Source of the DNA: Macrostomum lignano
Taxonomy: Eukaryota
Length of the DNA stretch: 64,000 bases
Assembly: GCA_002269645.1 (NCBI GenBank)
Contig: NIVC01000391.1
Location: forward strand, 62,001 to 126,000
Direction of reading: 5' to 3'
In this document: positions 25,689-38,600 of the stretch, piece after piece
Layout: each line of letters begins with the position of its first letter
Numbering within the stretch: position 1 is the stretch's first letter
Translations under genes and position numbers: made by a program
The notes under the pieces: generated by a model
What the model saw: the letters and a program-made list of their open reading frames with translations, nothing else
What the model was told of the DNA's origin: nothing
Databases searched by the model: none

Positions 25689-26288
25689 ATGCAGAAAGCA
25701 GACGAATTTACACGAGATAATGTTAGATTTACATGCCATGCGTCTTGCTTGTCCATGTTTGAGATTTTATTTATTTATCGTTTCTGCACCTGTCTGTCTG
25801 TCCCTGCCAAAGGTGCAATAGCGGAGTTTTGTGCTTTTGACCACCAAGTTCATCTCCCACGCTTTTGTTGCATCATGCCGAATCAAAATGATCAGTGACT
25901 GCTTCCACCGTGTTAATTCTCTCATCAGCTGATGTGTGCACTGTTGGTTATGCGCTCTTTTACATATTGGAAAATTACAGTCCTGATTTTAGATTAACTT
26001 TTTTCTTTGTAGCTCCTATTTTGGTTTCGTGTAGAGTTTACTGTCATATAATAAAATACACGTGTAACTTTTAGAGGATTTCAGAGCACTTGCTTTATTA
26101 TATATTTTGTAAGTTTTATTTGCACTTATAAACATAATTTTCCAACTGTGTCCTTTGAGGACCGTTTTTAATGATAGTCAGTTTCTTTCCTTCAGTGCGC
26201 TTGTTTTGCGCAGGTCAGTAGCAAGCAAAGTTTGATAGTTAATTAATTCACCTGTCCGCAGCCTGTTGACTGAGCCGACCCGACGGCC

Positions 26289-27081
26289 ATGGCCCCCTGG
26301 TCGGGTTTTATTGATAGAGTCTCTCGCCGGCTCCTGGCTACGCAGGTGGTGCGCCTGATGCTGCGTTATCAATTTGGCACAGCCCTGCTTGGCGGCCTGT
26401 TCTGCGGTGCCGGACTTGAGTTTTTTATGAATGTCTGGAGCCCGAGGAATATCACTTTCTGTGAGTTCAACTGGCTTAGTTCACTCTGCTTACACGAAAT
26501 TGTACACGTACTTGGCCTAGTGTACACACTTGCGAATCCCATCACCCCACACTAAACTCTACCCCCAATGTACACAACTCGTGAACTCCCTCACTCCACA
26601 GTAAACTCTGCCCCAATGTACACACTTGCGAACCCCTCACCCAACTAAACTCTGCGCCCAATGTACACAACTCGTGAACCCCCTCACCCCCACAGTAAAC
26701 TCTGCCCCCAATGTACACACTTGTGAACCCCTCACCCCACAGTAAACTGCCCCCAATGTACACAACTCGTGAACCCCCTCACCCCCACTGTAAACTCTGC
26801 CCCAATGTACACACTTGCGAACCCCTCACCCCCACAGTAAACTCTGCCCCCAATGTACACTACCGCGAACCCCCATAAGTAACCTAAAGCAAAGCTTTGC
26901 CCTAAAAGACCAGCCAAACGTGGCCTTCGCAGACAAAATATTCAAGCGCAAGCAAATCGAACGGCAGCTTCAGCTGGAGGAGGCGGCCGAGAGTCCCGAA
27001 CGGCAGCGGCTGTACGAGCAGTTGCGGGCGGAGATCCGCCAGGAGCTGATCGCCTCAGCTGTCAGCAGAGATAAAACCTGA
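26289..27081 (+). CDS. SMIM4: Small integral membrane protein 4 / UQCC5 (UPF0640 family), 2 exons, 106 aa
   Basis: Exons 26289-26460 and 26933-27081 join as GLFCGAGLEFFMNVWSPRNITFY-KIFKRKQIERQ. This matches the family pattern F..G..LE..M......TFY..Y/FxRK..ERQ. Confidence 0.8.
26545..26872. repeat. Intronic minisatellite, about 45-48-bp unit (CCCCAATGTACACAACTCGTGAACCCCCTCACCCCCACAGTAAACTCTG)
   Basis: About 7 copies in the SMIM4 intron. Confidence 0.9.
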
Positions 27082-27503
27082 TGAACTTTCCCCCTCTGGC
27101 GCCTTCCAGACTACAAAATTATTCGCGTAATTCGTTAAAGAGCATGTACTTCAGAGTGCATTTTGTGCGAGCTAACTTATTTCGCCTTCTAGTAAACTAA
27201 TTGATTGCTTCTGACTATTGATAGTAGTTTGTGTTTAATTAGCTTCTGAAGCATGTGCTTTCTGAGGCATTCAAATCGTTTCTCTTCGACTTGGTTTACT
27301 AACACTTTTTTGCTTTCTGAGTTTAGATTTTCAAAGAAAGAACAAAACTGATAAGTCAGGGCAGTTGTGCCTGTTCTGTTAATAATTTGAAGCCGTTTTA
27401 ATTTTCTATCACCAAACCGCGCCATCCACCAGTCTCACTAAACTGTCCAAAACAGTTTGGTTGGTTTTATTCGAGTTGGGAGTCTGCTGGTCATCTGTCG
27501 TCA

Positions 27504-28577
27504 TCACCAGTCTTGGCCGATGCCGTTGCCGAAGTGCAAGCTGTATTCCATCTCGAGAAGCAGCTTCAGATCGTCCAGGTTGAGGCCTTGCCTCTGCAGC
27601 CACCTGTCCAGCTTGGCCAGCAACTTCTGGATGATGTCGTCCACCGGCGGCTCCACTGGCGGTTCTACCGGCCGCTGCTGCCAATGACGGCGCCGGCAGC
27701 GGCGTCGGCGGCGTCGGCATCTGCGGCCACGGCGACCACGCGGGCAGTCCCAGTTGCATTTTGGCGGCTCCGGCGCCTCAGTGGTTGTAGCGCCTGTTGT
27801 CACTTCGGTGGTTGTTGTGGTTGCTTCGGTGGTTGTTGTCGGCGCTTCAGTGGTTGTTGTCGGCGCTTCGGAGGTTGTTGTCGGCGCTTCGGAGGTTGTT
27901 GTCGGCGCTTCGGAGGTTGTTGTCGGCGCTTCGGTGGTTGTTGTCGGCGCTTCGGAGGTTGTTGTCGGCGCTTCGGAGGCTGTTGTCGGCGCTTCGGTGG
28001 TTGTTGTCGGCGCTTCGGTGGTTGTTGTCGGCGCTTCAGTGGTTGTTGTCGGCGCTTCGGAGGTTGTTGTCGGCGCTTCGGAGGTTGTTGTCGGCGCTTC
28101 GGTGGTTGTTGTCGGCGCTTCGGAGGTTGTTGTCGGCGCTTCGGAGGTTGTTGTCGGCGCTTCGGTGGTTGTTGTCGGCGCTTCGGTGGTTGTTTTCGGC
28201 GCTTCAGTGGTTGTCGGCGCTTCAGTGGTTGTTGTTAGCGCTTCGGTGGTTGTTGGCGGCGCCTTAGTGGTTGTTGTCTGTGCCTCAGTAGTTGTTGCTG
28301 CTGCTACGCCGCAGGAGCCCTTTGCCTCGCAGTTGGACTTGAGACTTTTCTCCAGGTTGGCTCGGTAGGCCGCTCTGCCAGTTTCGCTCGTGCAAGTGGC
28401 GCTGGTGGACATCTGGTTGCAGAAGGCGTTCACCCGCTCCAAGCTGTAGAGTCGCAGGCAGCTCATGCACGCGTTGCAAGTGCTGCTGGCGATGCAGGTT
28501 CGAACGTCCGTTGCGGCGGTCGCCAGTGGAGCAGCCGTCGCTGCTAGAAGCAGCAAGGTGGACAGACAAAAAATCAT
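27504..28577 (-). CDS. Secreted protein: signal peptide, 8-Cys domain, Thr-rich mucin stalk (TTEAPTT)n, Arg/Cys-rich motif, helical tail; 357 aa
   Basis: Single ORF MIFCLSTLLLLAATAAPLATAA with a hydrophobic N-terminus, a coding 21-bp repeat and unique flanking domains. Confidence 0.8.
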   Translation of the reverse strand: MIFCLSTLLLLAATAAPLATAATDVRTCIASSTCNACMSCLRLYSLERVNAFCNQMSTSATCTSETGRAAYRANLEKSLKSNCEAKGSCGVAAATTTEAQTTTTKAPPTTTEALTTTTEAPTTTEAPKTTTEAPTTTTEAPTTTSEAPTTTSEAPTTTTEAPTTTSEAPTTTSEAPTTTTEAPTTTTEAPTTTTEAPTTASEAPTTTSEAPTTTTEAPTTTSEAPTTTSEAPTTTSEAPTTTTEAPTTTTEATTTTTEVTTGATTTEAPEPPKCNWDCPRGRRGRRCRRRRRRCRRRHWQQRPVEPPVEPPVDDIIQKLLAKLDRWLQRQGLNLDDLKLLLEMEYSLHFGNGIGQDW

Positions 28578-29549
28578 ATTTTACCTTCAAGTGTAGTCTT
28601 ATTTTACTGAAGAAACCAGTCAGAACTCGAGCAGCTTTTTCTCATAAATCGGAGCTTTTATAACCGCCTGGAGATGTCCACTTCCTGCACCTGGTCCGCA
28701 ACGGTTTCAGCCGATTTTGAAGCAATTCCGGGATTTCAATTTCCTGTTTCACCCTTGAGGATCTTTCCGGAGGTTGAATGCAGTTTCAATAAGGAAGGCA
28801 GAACAAGTTCTCGGCTTACGGGCTAAGTCCATGAGATTGCATATGTTAAAACTTTGAGAATTTCAGAGCCGAGTTTATTGCAGCAAAAAAGTTCTGTGGA
28901 CTATTTTTGCTAAAGCTGAAGTTAAATTCTCCAACTGGGATTAATGTCAAGGTTGACATTGTATCAGTGGAATGCGTGGCATTGTTTGGAACACCTGCAT
29001 CTGCCATGCGTACAGGTGCAAATTGTTTGCTCATGCATTATGAGAGTTTTGCAAGATGCGGAAATACGACTTCAATTCGTTGGGAAATTTACACAGCGAA
29101 AAATTCTGATCATTGGTAAATTTGCACACACACACAACTTCATTTTGTAAGTGCCCGACTTCATCAATAGCTAACCTGCCCACTGATGCCAGCTGTTTGT
29201 GCGCATAAATTTTGTAAATCGGTTAACATGTTTTGCTGAGATGTCCCTACAAATATAGGTCACTAACAGTAAAGTAGTGAAACAACATGATGGTGTCAAC
29301 GTTTCTTGGAGTACTCTGTGACCGCGGCAGTAAACGATAGGCAATTAGACAGCTAAGTTTTTATTCGCTGACTTCCTCAAAATATGCAGGCCGACCCGTG
29401 CTCTGCAGCGGTATGCTCTCGCAGGCCTGAAATTTGTTTCAGATTTTTCTACTAGCTTATTCATGTCGACTCGCTGAGACTTACAGTGGGGGAATGAGTA
29501 CATTAGGTAGGTCTAAGAATTAATTGAAAACGACACGCTAGGGACTTCT

Positions 29550-30860
29550 GGGAAGGCAGAGACACACTAGGGACTTCTGGGAAGGAAGAGATACACTAGG
29601 GACTTCTGGGAAGGAAGAGATACACTAGGGACTTCTGGGAAAGAAGAGATACACTAAGGACTTCTGGGAAGGAAGAGATACACTAGGGACTTCTGTGAAA
29701 GAAGAGATACACTAGTTGGTTCTGGGAAGGAAGAGACACGCTAGGGACTTCTGGGAAGGAAGAGACACACTAGGGACTTCTGGGAAGGAAGAGACACACT
29801 AGAGACTTCTGGGAAGGAAGAGACACACTAGGGGGTTCTGGGAAGGAAGAGACACACTATAGGGACTTCTGGGAAGGAAGAGACACACTAGGGGGTTCTG
29901 GGAAAGAAGAGACACACTAGGGACTTCTGGGAAGGAAGAGACACACTAGTGGGTTCTGGGAAAGAAGAGACACACTAAGGACTTCTGGGAAGGAAGAGAT
30001 ACACTAGGGACTTCTGGGAAAGAAGAGATACACTAGTTGGTTCTGGGAAGGAAGAGACACGCTAGGGACTTCTGGGAAGGAAGAGACACACTAGGGACTT
30101 CTGGGAGGGAAGAGACACACTAGGGACTTCTAAGAAGGAAGAGACACACTAGGGACTTCTGGGAAGGAAGAGACACACTAGGGACTTCTGGGAAGGAAGA
30201 GACACACTAGGGGAGTTCTGGGAAAGAAGAGACACACTAGGGGGTTCTGGGAAGGAAGAGACACACTAGAGACTTCTGGGAAGGAAGAGACACACTAGGG
30301 GGTTCTGGGAAGGAAGAGACACACTATAGGGACTTCTGGGAAGGAAGAGACACACTAGGGACTTCTGGGAGGGAAGAGACACACTAGGGACTTCTAAGAA
30401 GGAAGAGACACACTAGGGGGTTCTGGGAAAGAAGAGACACACTAGGGACTTCTGGGAAGGAAGAGACACACTAGGGACTTCTGGGAAGGAAGAGACACAC
30501 TAGAGACTTCTGGGAAGGAAGAGACACACTAGGGGGTTCTGGGAAGGAAGAGACACACTAGGGACTTCTGGGAAGGAAGAGACACACTAGGGACTTCTGG
30601 GAAGGAAGAGACACACTAGGGACTTCTGGGAAGGAAGAGACACACTAGAGACTTCTGGGAAGGAAGAGACACACTAGTGGGTTCTGGGAAAGAAGAGACA
30701 CACTAGTGGGTTCTGGGAAAGAAGAGACACACTAGGGAGTTCTGGGAAAGAAGAGACACACTAGTGGGTTCTGGGAAAGAAGAGACACACTAGGGAGTTC
30801 TGGAATTGAGACACGGACGGGGGTTCTGGGAAGGAAGGGACACACAAAGAACTTTGGGAA
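29550..30860. repeat. Minisatellite, 29-bp unit GGGACTTCTGGGAAGGAAGAGACACACTA
   Basis: About 45 copies at the 3' end or in the last intron of the GPCR gene. Confidence 0.95.
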
Positions 30861-30955
30861 GCGAGAGGCACGACTAACTTCTGGGTTTTCTGTGGGTTTC
30901 TTCTGTAAGAAGCTGGGTGGGGGGGTGTTCTGTGAAAGCAAAAATAGCATCTCAC

Positions 30956-33900
30956 TTCCATTGTCTCCCGATCGTCCCGCAGGCGTTGGCTCCCTCCGCG
31001 GGTTCTCCCTGCCGTCAGTCGCTCATTGAGATCCCTCCTGCTCCTACGTGCCAACCTTTGCTGAGACCTGTAGTCTGCTAGCTGAGGTGGACTGGCGCTG
31101 TTGTTGTTGTTGATGCCATTGCTAGCCGTGTTGTCCCTGCTGCCTCTGAAGGCCATTCGCGGCCGGTTTCCAGCATCCAGCCAGACTGCCAATTGCAGCT
31201 TCCTGGCCTGGCGTCGCAACTCGTTCCGGACCTCGGAGTTGATAAAACAGAACAGCAGGGCGGCGAAAAAGCCCTGTGGATTGCCGGATATGAAGATAGC
31301 GTTCCTCCAAGAAAAAGCGTAATTGAGGCTAAACAAGCTCTAGCTATGCATTGCAGGAGCTCCATTTCAGCCTCCTTTTGGACAAGAAACCTAGCTCGTA
31401 CATTTCTACATCTACCAAGACAAGAGACAGAGGCCTACACCAAGAAACGTACAAATTGCTGCGTACGAGTGCTTCATAGGTCTTTAGATCAAATTGTTCC
31501 CAATCAATGTCACCTTTCACTTACCTGGAATGAGTTGAAGAAGTGCTCATAATAGAGGTGCACAATAGTTAGCGTTTTGCCCAGCTTGTCCTTGGGCACC
31601 ATGGTGACGGGTAGAAAGATGAGATAGTAAATGCCGAACACCAGGATGAGGAGGCAGGTAGACTTCCACAGCTTCCTGGGAATGTCGGACAGATTTTGGC
31701 GCCTCGTTGAAGTATCGAAATTCGAAACTTTATACCTTGAGAGATACGCCTCATATTCTCTTCTTGCTACTCTTTAGTGAACAAACTCATATGTAGTTAA
31801 CAACACGTAGGAAGCCAAATGCATTCGGGGCTTCTGGGCGAAAATTGGCTGAGGTCTTGTCGTGCAATTCATGTCCACGAGGGTCAACCCCCAAGGCACA
31901 GAGTGTACATGCCTGATAATTAGGAAGTCAGGGCTGCCGTACACCCTGTGTGAGCGTGCATGAGTGCCTGCCTGCGTACAGTATTGGCGCGCTTGCAGGT
32001 GCTCAGGAGTCAAGGGGGTTGGGAGAATTGCCTCAGCATCTCAGGATCTCAGGACGATGTTGTCGCGAAAAGCGTTGTGCCAGGGTGCCGGCAATTAGTT
32101 ATAGTAACATTATTATTGACGCTTTTTGAACATCATCGGGACTCACAAATAGGGCTGAACTGTCGGTGCATCGGCTGGCGCCTGCCGTCTCAGCTTGATG
32201 AAGAGCTCGCGCACAATCTTCGCGAACAGAATGGCATTCATCTGCGGAGAAGATTTTTTGTTTGGTGTGCACGGATGCAGAGTTAGTGGTCGAATGGTTG
32301 AAGTTTTTGCTGCTTGTGATGATTAATATTTCTGTACTGCGAGTAGCTAGATGGTTCAACTACTTATTATGTCCCTGTGAACGTCTCCCATACATGTTAC
32401 ATAGACAAAAGTATGATTTTCAAAGTAGTCGTACAAGGATAAGTCTGAACTCATTAATGAATCATTCTGAAAAAAGTGACACCCACGCAGTGACAGTGGC
32501 GAAATGCAATTTTACTGAAGTCCCCAAAAGGACTCGAGAGTGTGCCGGCCATTGGGCCAGCAGTGCTCACCAGCACTAGCAGCGCCAAGTAGACGTTGAG
32601 CAGCCAGATGTCGGGGCCAAGCGGCTTGAACTCGCGCCAGCAGTTCGTGTTGTCAAACAGCAGCCTGAGCATCACCCAGACCATCGTGACTAGACTGCTC
32701 AGGCCTAAAATGTAAATAAATAGATAAAATTGTCACTTATTTGAGTCCTATCTGATTACTCATTTGAGATCTATCCTGTGACTTATTTGAGTCCTATCTG
32801 ATGACTCATTTGAGGTCTATCCTGTGACTTATTTGAGTCCTATCTGATGACTCATTTGAGATCTATGTTGTAACTCATTTGAGGCCTATCTTGTGACTCA
32901 TGTGAGATCTATCTTGTGATTCATTTGAGATCTATCTTGTGACTCATTTGAGGCCTACCGTGTGACTCATTTGAGATCTATCTTCTGACTTATTTGAGAT
33001 CTATCCTGAGACTCATTTGAGGCATTTCCTGAGACTCATTTGAGATCTATCTTGTGACTCATTTGAGATCTATCTTGTGACTCATTTGAGATCTATCTTG
33101 TGACTCATTTGAGATCTATCTTGTAACTCATTTGAGATCTATCTTGTGATTCATTTGAGATCTATCCTAAGACTCATTTGAGGCATTTCCTGAGACTCAT
33201 TTGAGATCTAGCTTGTGACTCATTTGAGATCTATCTTGTGACTTATTTGAGATCTATCCTGAGACTCATTTGAGGCATTTCCTGAGACTCATTTGAGGCC
33301 TACCGTGTGACTCATTTGAGATCTATCTTGTGACTTATTTGAGATCTATCCTGAGACTCATTTGAGGCATTTCCTGAGACTCATTTGAGATCTAGCTTGT
33401 GACTCATTTGAGATCTATCTTGTGACTTATTTGAGATCTATCTTGTGATTCATTTGAGATCTATCTTGTGACTCATTTGAGATCTATCTTGTAACTCATT
33501 TCAGGCCTATCTTATGATTCATTTGAGATCTATCTTGTGACTCATTTGAGATCTATCTTGTGACTCATTTAAGATCTATCCTGAGACTCATTTGAGATCT
33601 ATCTTGTGATTCATTTGAGATCTATCTTGTGACTCATTTGAGATCTATCTTGTGACTCATTTGAGGCCTACCGTGTGACTCATTTGAGATCTATCTTGTG
33701 ACTCATTTAAGATCTATCTTGTGACTCATTTGTGATCTAGCTTGTGACTCATTTGAGATCTATCTTGTGACTCATTTGTGATCTATTTTGTGAATCATTT
33801 GTAATCTATTTTGTTAATTGTGTGATTAAAATTATGGCTCATTTTGTATCCATATTATGGCGCCTAAGTCCTATGTACTGCGTGCACTTTCAACAATCGC

Positions 33901-34867
33901 AAACTGCGCGAGTCAGGCACCAACCCCAGCCAATTGCAAGGTAGCCGGGCGTTGACACTCGTTCGTTGCCCATGCCGCTGACAAAGATCAGTATGTACAG
34001 GTGCAGGGCCTCGACAAAGACCCAGGTGAAACTGCCAATCACTGTGAAGGTCATTAACGTTTGGTTAAGCCGACACAGAGTTGTCTGAAATTTTTATGGC
34101 GAAAAATGATACCTATATAGCTCTTTACTTGCTACTGACAAACACTAAGCGCTAGTAGTATCAACTTCATTTTTCCAGAAAATCTTTAGAAATCGCTTTA
34201 CGCCTTAAAGACGCTCGGCTTACCTGATCGTTCTCAGACAAGGCCCTGTTAACGAAATGGCTGACTGCCCGCAGCGTGAATGCCGAGTACAAATTGATGT
34301 GGATGAAGTTGCGACGGCAGTAAAGGCGCCTGTAGAAAGGAAAGGAGGTGATGGCACGATAAGCATGTGCAGTTGGGAGCCAGAAAAAGGAATGGAAAGA
34401 GTACATTTTCCACAGTGGAGCATGTACGGGCAGAGATATTTCTACAGTGAAAATTTGGCTAGCTGGTAGGATGCCAGGTAGGACCATAGACAACAGCCCT
34501 TTTTACTTATTCAAGAAGACGCAATTTGTACATTTAAACCTTCAGAATGCCTGACGGTTAGAACAAAATACTCATTTAGCTTATAAATATGCTTTCACCT
34601 CTTAGAGCTACTTGACTAAATCCCCTGGCTTCGAACACGACAGGAAATGAGTTTTCCACCCTTTGAGACGCAAAAATATTTTACCGAAAGCTCGTCAAAA
34701 TAACGATGCCAATCAGCAGAGTGGATAGAGAGAGGCTGTGCCCGACCAGCCCAATCATGCTCATGATGGCCAGGTGTCTCTGCAATTTGTTAGGTTGGAA
34801 AGAAATTAGCATACTCTTATGACGCACATCAACATCGAGTAGCATCAGGACAGACAGACAGACACTA

Positions 34868-34919
<52 letters not shown>

Positions 34920-34947
34920 CGACGGACAGACCGACAGAAAGACAGAA

Positions 34948-35008
<61 letters not shown>

Positions 35009-35131
35009 CTAAGACAGACAGACAGACAGACATTAAGACAGACAGACAGACACCAAGACAGACAGACAGACAGACACTAAGACAGACAGACAGACAGACA
35101 GACAGACTGACAGACACCAAGACAGACACTA

Positions 35132-35195
<64 letters not shown>

Positions 35196-35223
35196 CGACG
35201 GACAGACCGACAGAAAGACAGAA

Positions 35224-35288
<65 letters not shown>

Positions 35289-35291
35289 CTA

Positions 35292-35352
<61 letters not shown>

Positions 35353-35467
35353 CTAAGACAGACAGACAGACAGACATTAAGACAGACAGACAGACACCAA
35401 GACAGACAGACAGACAGACACTAAGACAGACAGACAGACAGACTGACAGACACCAAGACAGACACTA

Positions 35468-35512
<45 letters not shown>

Positions 35513-35633
35513 CCAAGACAGACACTAAGACAGACAGACAGACAGACTGACAGACACCAAGACAGACACTAAGACAGACAGACAGACAGACAGAAGACAC
35601 TAAGACAGACAGACAGACAGACAGAAGACACTA

Positions 35634-35666
<33 letters not shown>

Positions 35667-38600
35667 CCAAGACAGACACTAAGACAGACAGACAGACAGA
35701 CTGCCAGACCTTCGCAACAGCTCTTTCATCGGCAGCGGCAGCATCAAAACTTGATGAAGAGGATTCCATGGCCAGGCAGTCGGAGAAGTTGGTCCAGCCG
35801 CCCAGGTGCCAGGTGCCGTTAGCGTGGCACATCCTGGTGGCGTACCTGTCCCGCTGCACTTCATTCAAGTAGTCCGGGCAGAGCTGGCGCCCGAAAGTGC
35901 CAGCCGGCACCGTCGGCCAGCACAGAACACCGTCAAAGGCTGGACGGCAGCCGGCGGCATCCGACTGACTCTGCGACGCACCGTGCGTTTTTTTTATATG
36001 GGCGCAGAGGTGCCTCTCCAGCCTGAGTCGAAGCTGCTGGGTCTCGTTGCTCACCTGTGTCAGGCGCACCTGTTATTGATGGCGAGGAACCGAAATGAGT
36101 AGAATCATTACATTTATATTTTGTGCAGTCTGAGGCCCGCCTGACCGCAGAGAGCGGCGCTGTTGCAGGCGGTGTTCGAGACGGGAGCACGAGAAATGCC
36201 CGCAGACGAATTGCCCGCCGAGATTTGCCCGCAGGAGATTTGCCCGTGGAGATTTGCCCGCCGAGCTTTTCCCGCGGAGATTTGCCCGCAGTGCATTTTG
36301 CCCGTGAGCGAATTGCCCGTGGAGATTTGCCCGCCGAGAATTGCCCGCCGAGATTTGCCCGCAGTGCAATTTTCCCGCGAGTGAATTGCCCGCGAGCAAA
36401 TTGCCCGCCGAGTTTTTTCCCGCCGAGGTTTGCCCGCAATCCTTTTTTTGCAGCGCATTTGGCCACGCGGCAGATTTTGTCTGCATTGCCTTCCCAATGC
36501 TTAGTACGTGTTAATCTTAATAAAGAGATTTACACGATCAAAACGTTTTGATAGTAACTGCATATCAAATGCATATTTTGGGGGGAGCAATGTATGGACA
36601 GAATCTAGCTGCCAAATGCGCTGCAAAAAAAGGATTGCGGGCAAACCTCGGCGGGAAAAAACTCGGCGGGCAATTCGCTCGCGGCAATTCACTCGCGGGA
36701 AAATTGCACTGCGGGCAAATCTCGGCGGGCAATTCTCGGCGGGCAAATCTCCACGGGCAATTCGCTCACGGGCAAAATGCACTGCGGGCAAATCTCCGCG
36801 GGAAAAGCTCGGCGGGCAAATCTCCACGGGCAAATCTCCTGCGGGCAAATCTCGGCGGGCAATTCGTCTGCGGGCAATTCTCATGGACCCGTTCGAGACA
36901 ATGCCGAGATTGGCTCGAACAGCCAATTGGAATGCCATCGCACACGCATGTGCGATGGCATTCCATATGGCTTTTTCGACGCACCATATGACACATCTAT
37001 GACACACGTATGATACAACTGTGACACATCTATAACACACCTATGATACTCTATGACACACCTATGATACATCTATGACACCTATGACACAACTGTGACA
37101 CATCTACGAGTATAACACACCTATGATACTCTATGACACACCTATGATACATCTATGACACCTATGACACAACTGTGACACAACTGTGACACAACTGTGA
37201 CACACCTGTGACACGCCTATGATACACCTATGATACACCTGTGACACACCTGTGACACACCTGTGACACACCTGTGACACACCTGTGACACACCTGTGAC
37301 ACACCTGTGACACACCTGTGACACACCTGTGACACACCTGTGACACACCTGTGACACACCTGTGACACACCTGTGACACACCTGTGACACACCTGTGACA
37401 CACCTGTGACACACCTGTGACACACCTGTGACACACCTGTGACACACCTGTGACACACCTGTGACACACCTGTGACACACCTGTGACACACCTGTGACAC
37501 ACCTGTGACACGCCTATGATACACTTATGATACACCTATGACACGCCTGAGACACCTGTGAAACACCTAGGGAGGACACCTATGACAAAAAATCCAGAAA
37601 AAATGCCAATAATCTGTAGTAAATTCTCAAGAACTTTTAGCCGCTTACCAACTCGTACAGGCTTCTTGCCAGACTGGCATTGCGCTCTGAGCAGTCGGAG
37701 TAGTCAGTGAGCGGGTGAAACTCGCCACCATCGCTGCCGCTGCTCCGCCATCGACTGTCGGCCTGGCAGCGTCGTTTGGCGAAGCGCACTCGGCCTTCGT
37801 TGCCGAACACCTGGCCGGGACAGGGCAGGGACGCGTCGGAGCTCGCGGGCGCCGATGGCCAGCATAGGAAGCCGTCGAATTGCCCGGAGCAGTTGCTGGC
37901 AGCAGCGGCGGCGCCGGGGGTGGCGAGGCTCGTCAGGCGGCCCAATGCCAGTTGAGACTGGCAGCTCTGCTCGGCCCTGCGGAGCTGCTCAACCAGTTCC
38001 TCCTGGCTCAGGCTGGGCGGGCCGCCCTGCTGCGCCTGCAAGGTTATGTGGGGTCAGCATCTGACAGCTGAAGTCCCGACAGTTGGAGTCCCGAATCTGA
38101 CAGCTGGAGTCCCGAATCTGACAGCTGGAGTCCCGAATCTGACAGCTGAAGTCCCGACAGTTGGAGTCCCGAATCTGACAGCTGGAGTCCCGAATCTGAC
38201 AGCTGGAGTCCCGAATCTGACAGCTGAAGTCCCGAAAGCTGGAGTCCCGAATCTGACAGCTGAAGTCCCGACAGTTGGAGTCCCGAATCTGACAGCTGGA
38301 GTCCCGAATCTGACAGCTGGAGTCCCGAATCTGACAGCTGGAGTCCCGAATCTGACAGCTGGAGTCCCGAATCTGACAGCTGGAGTCCCGAATCTGACAG
38401 CTGGAGTCCCGAATCTGACAGCTGGAGTCCCGAATCTGACAGCTGGAGTCCCGAATCTGACAGCTGAAGTCCCGAAAGCTGGAGTCCCGAATCTGACAGC
38501 TGAAGTCCCGACAGCTGGAGTCCCGAATCTGACAGCTGAAGTCCCGACAGTTGGAGTCCCGAATCTGACAGCTGGAGTCCCGAATCTGACAGCTGGAGTC

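Noticed and set aside
27189-27425. 78-aa Lys-rich minus-strand ORF after the mucin-like gene
   Set aside because: AT-rich with no recognisable domain; probably UTR or a degraded repeat.
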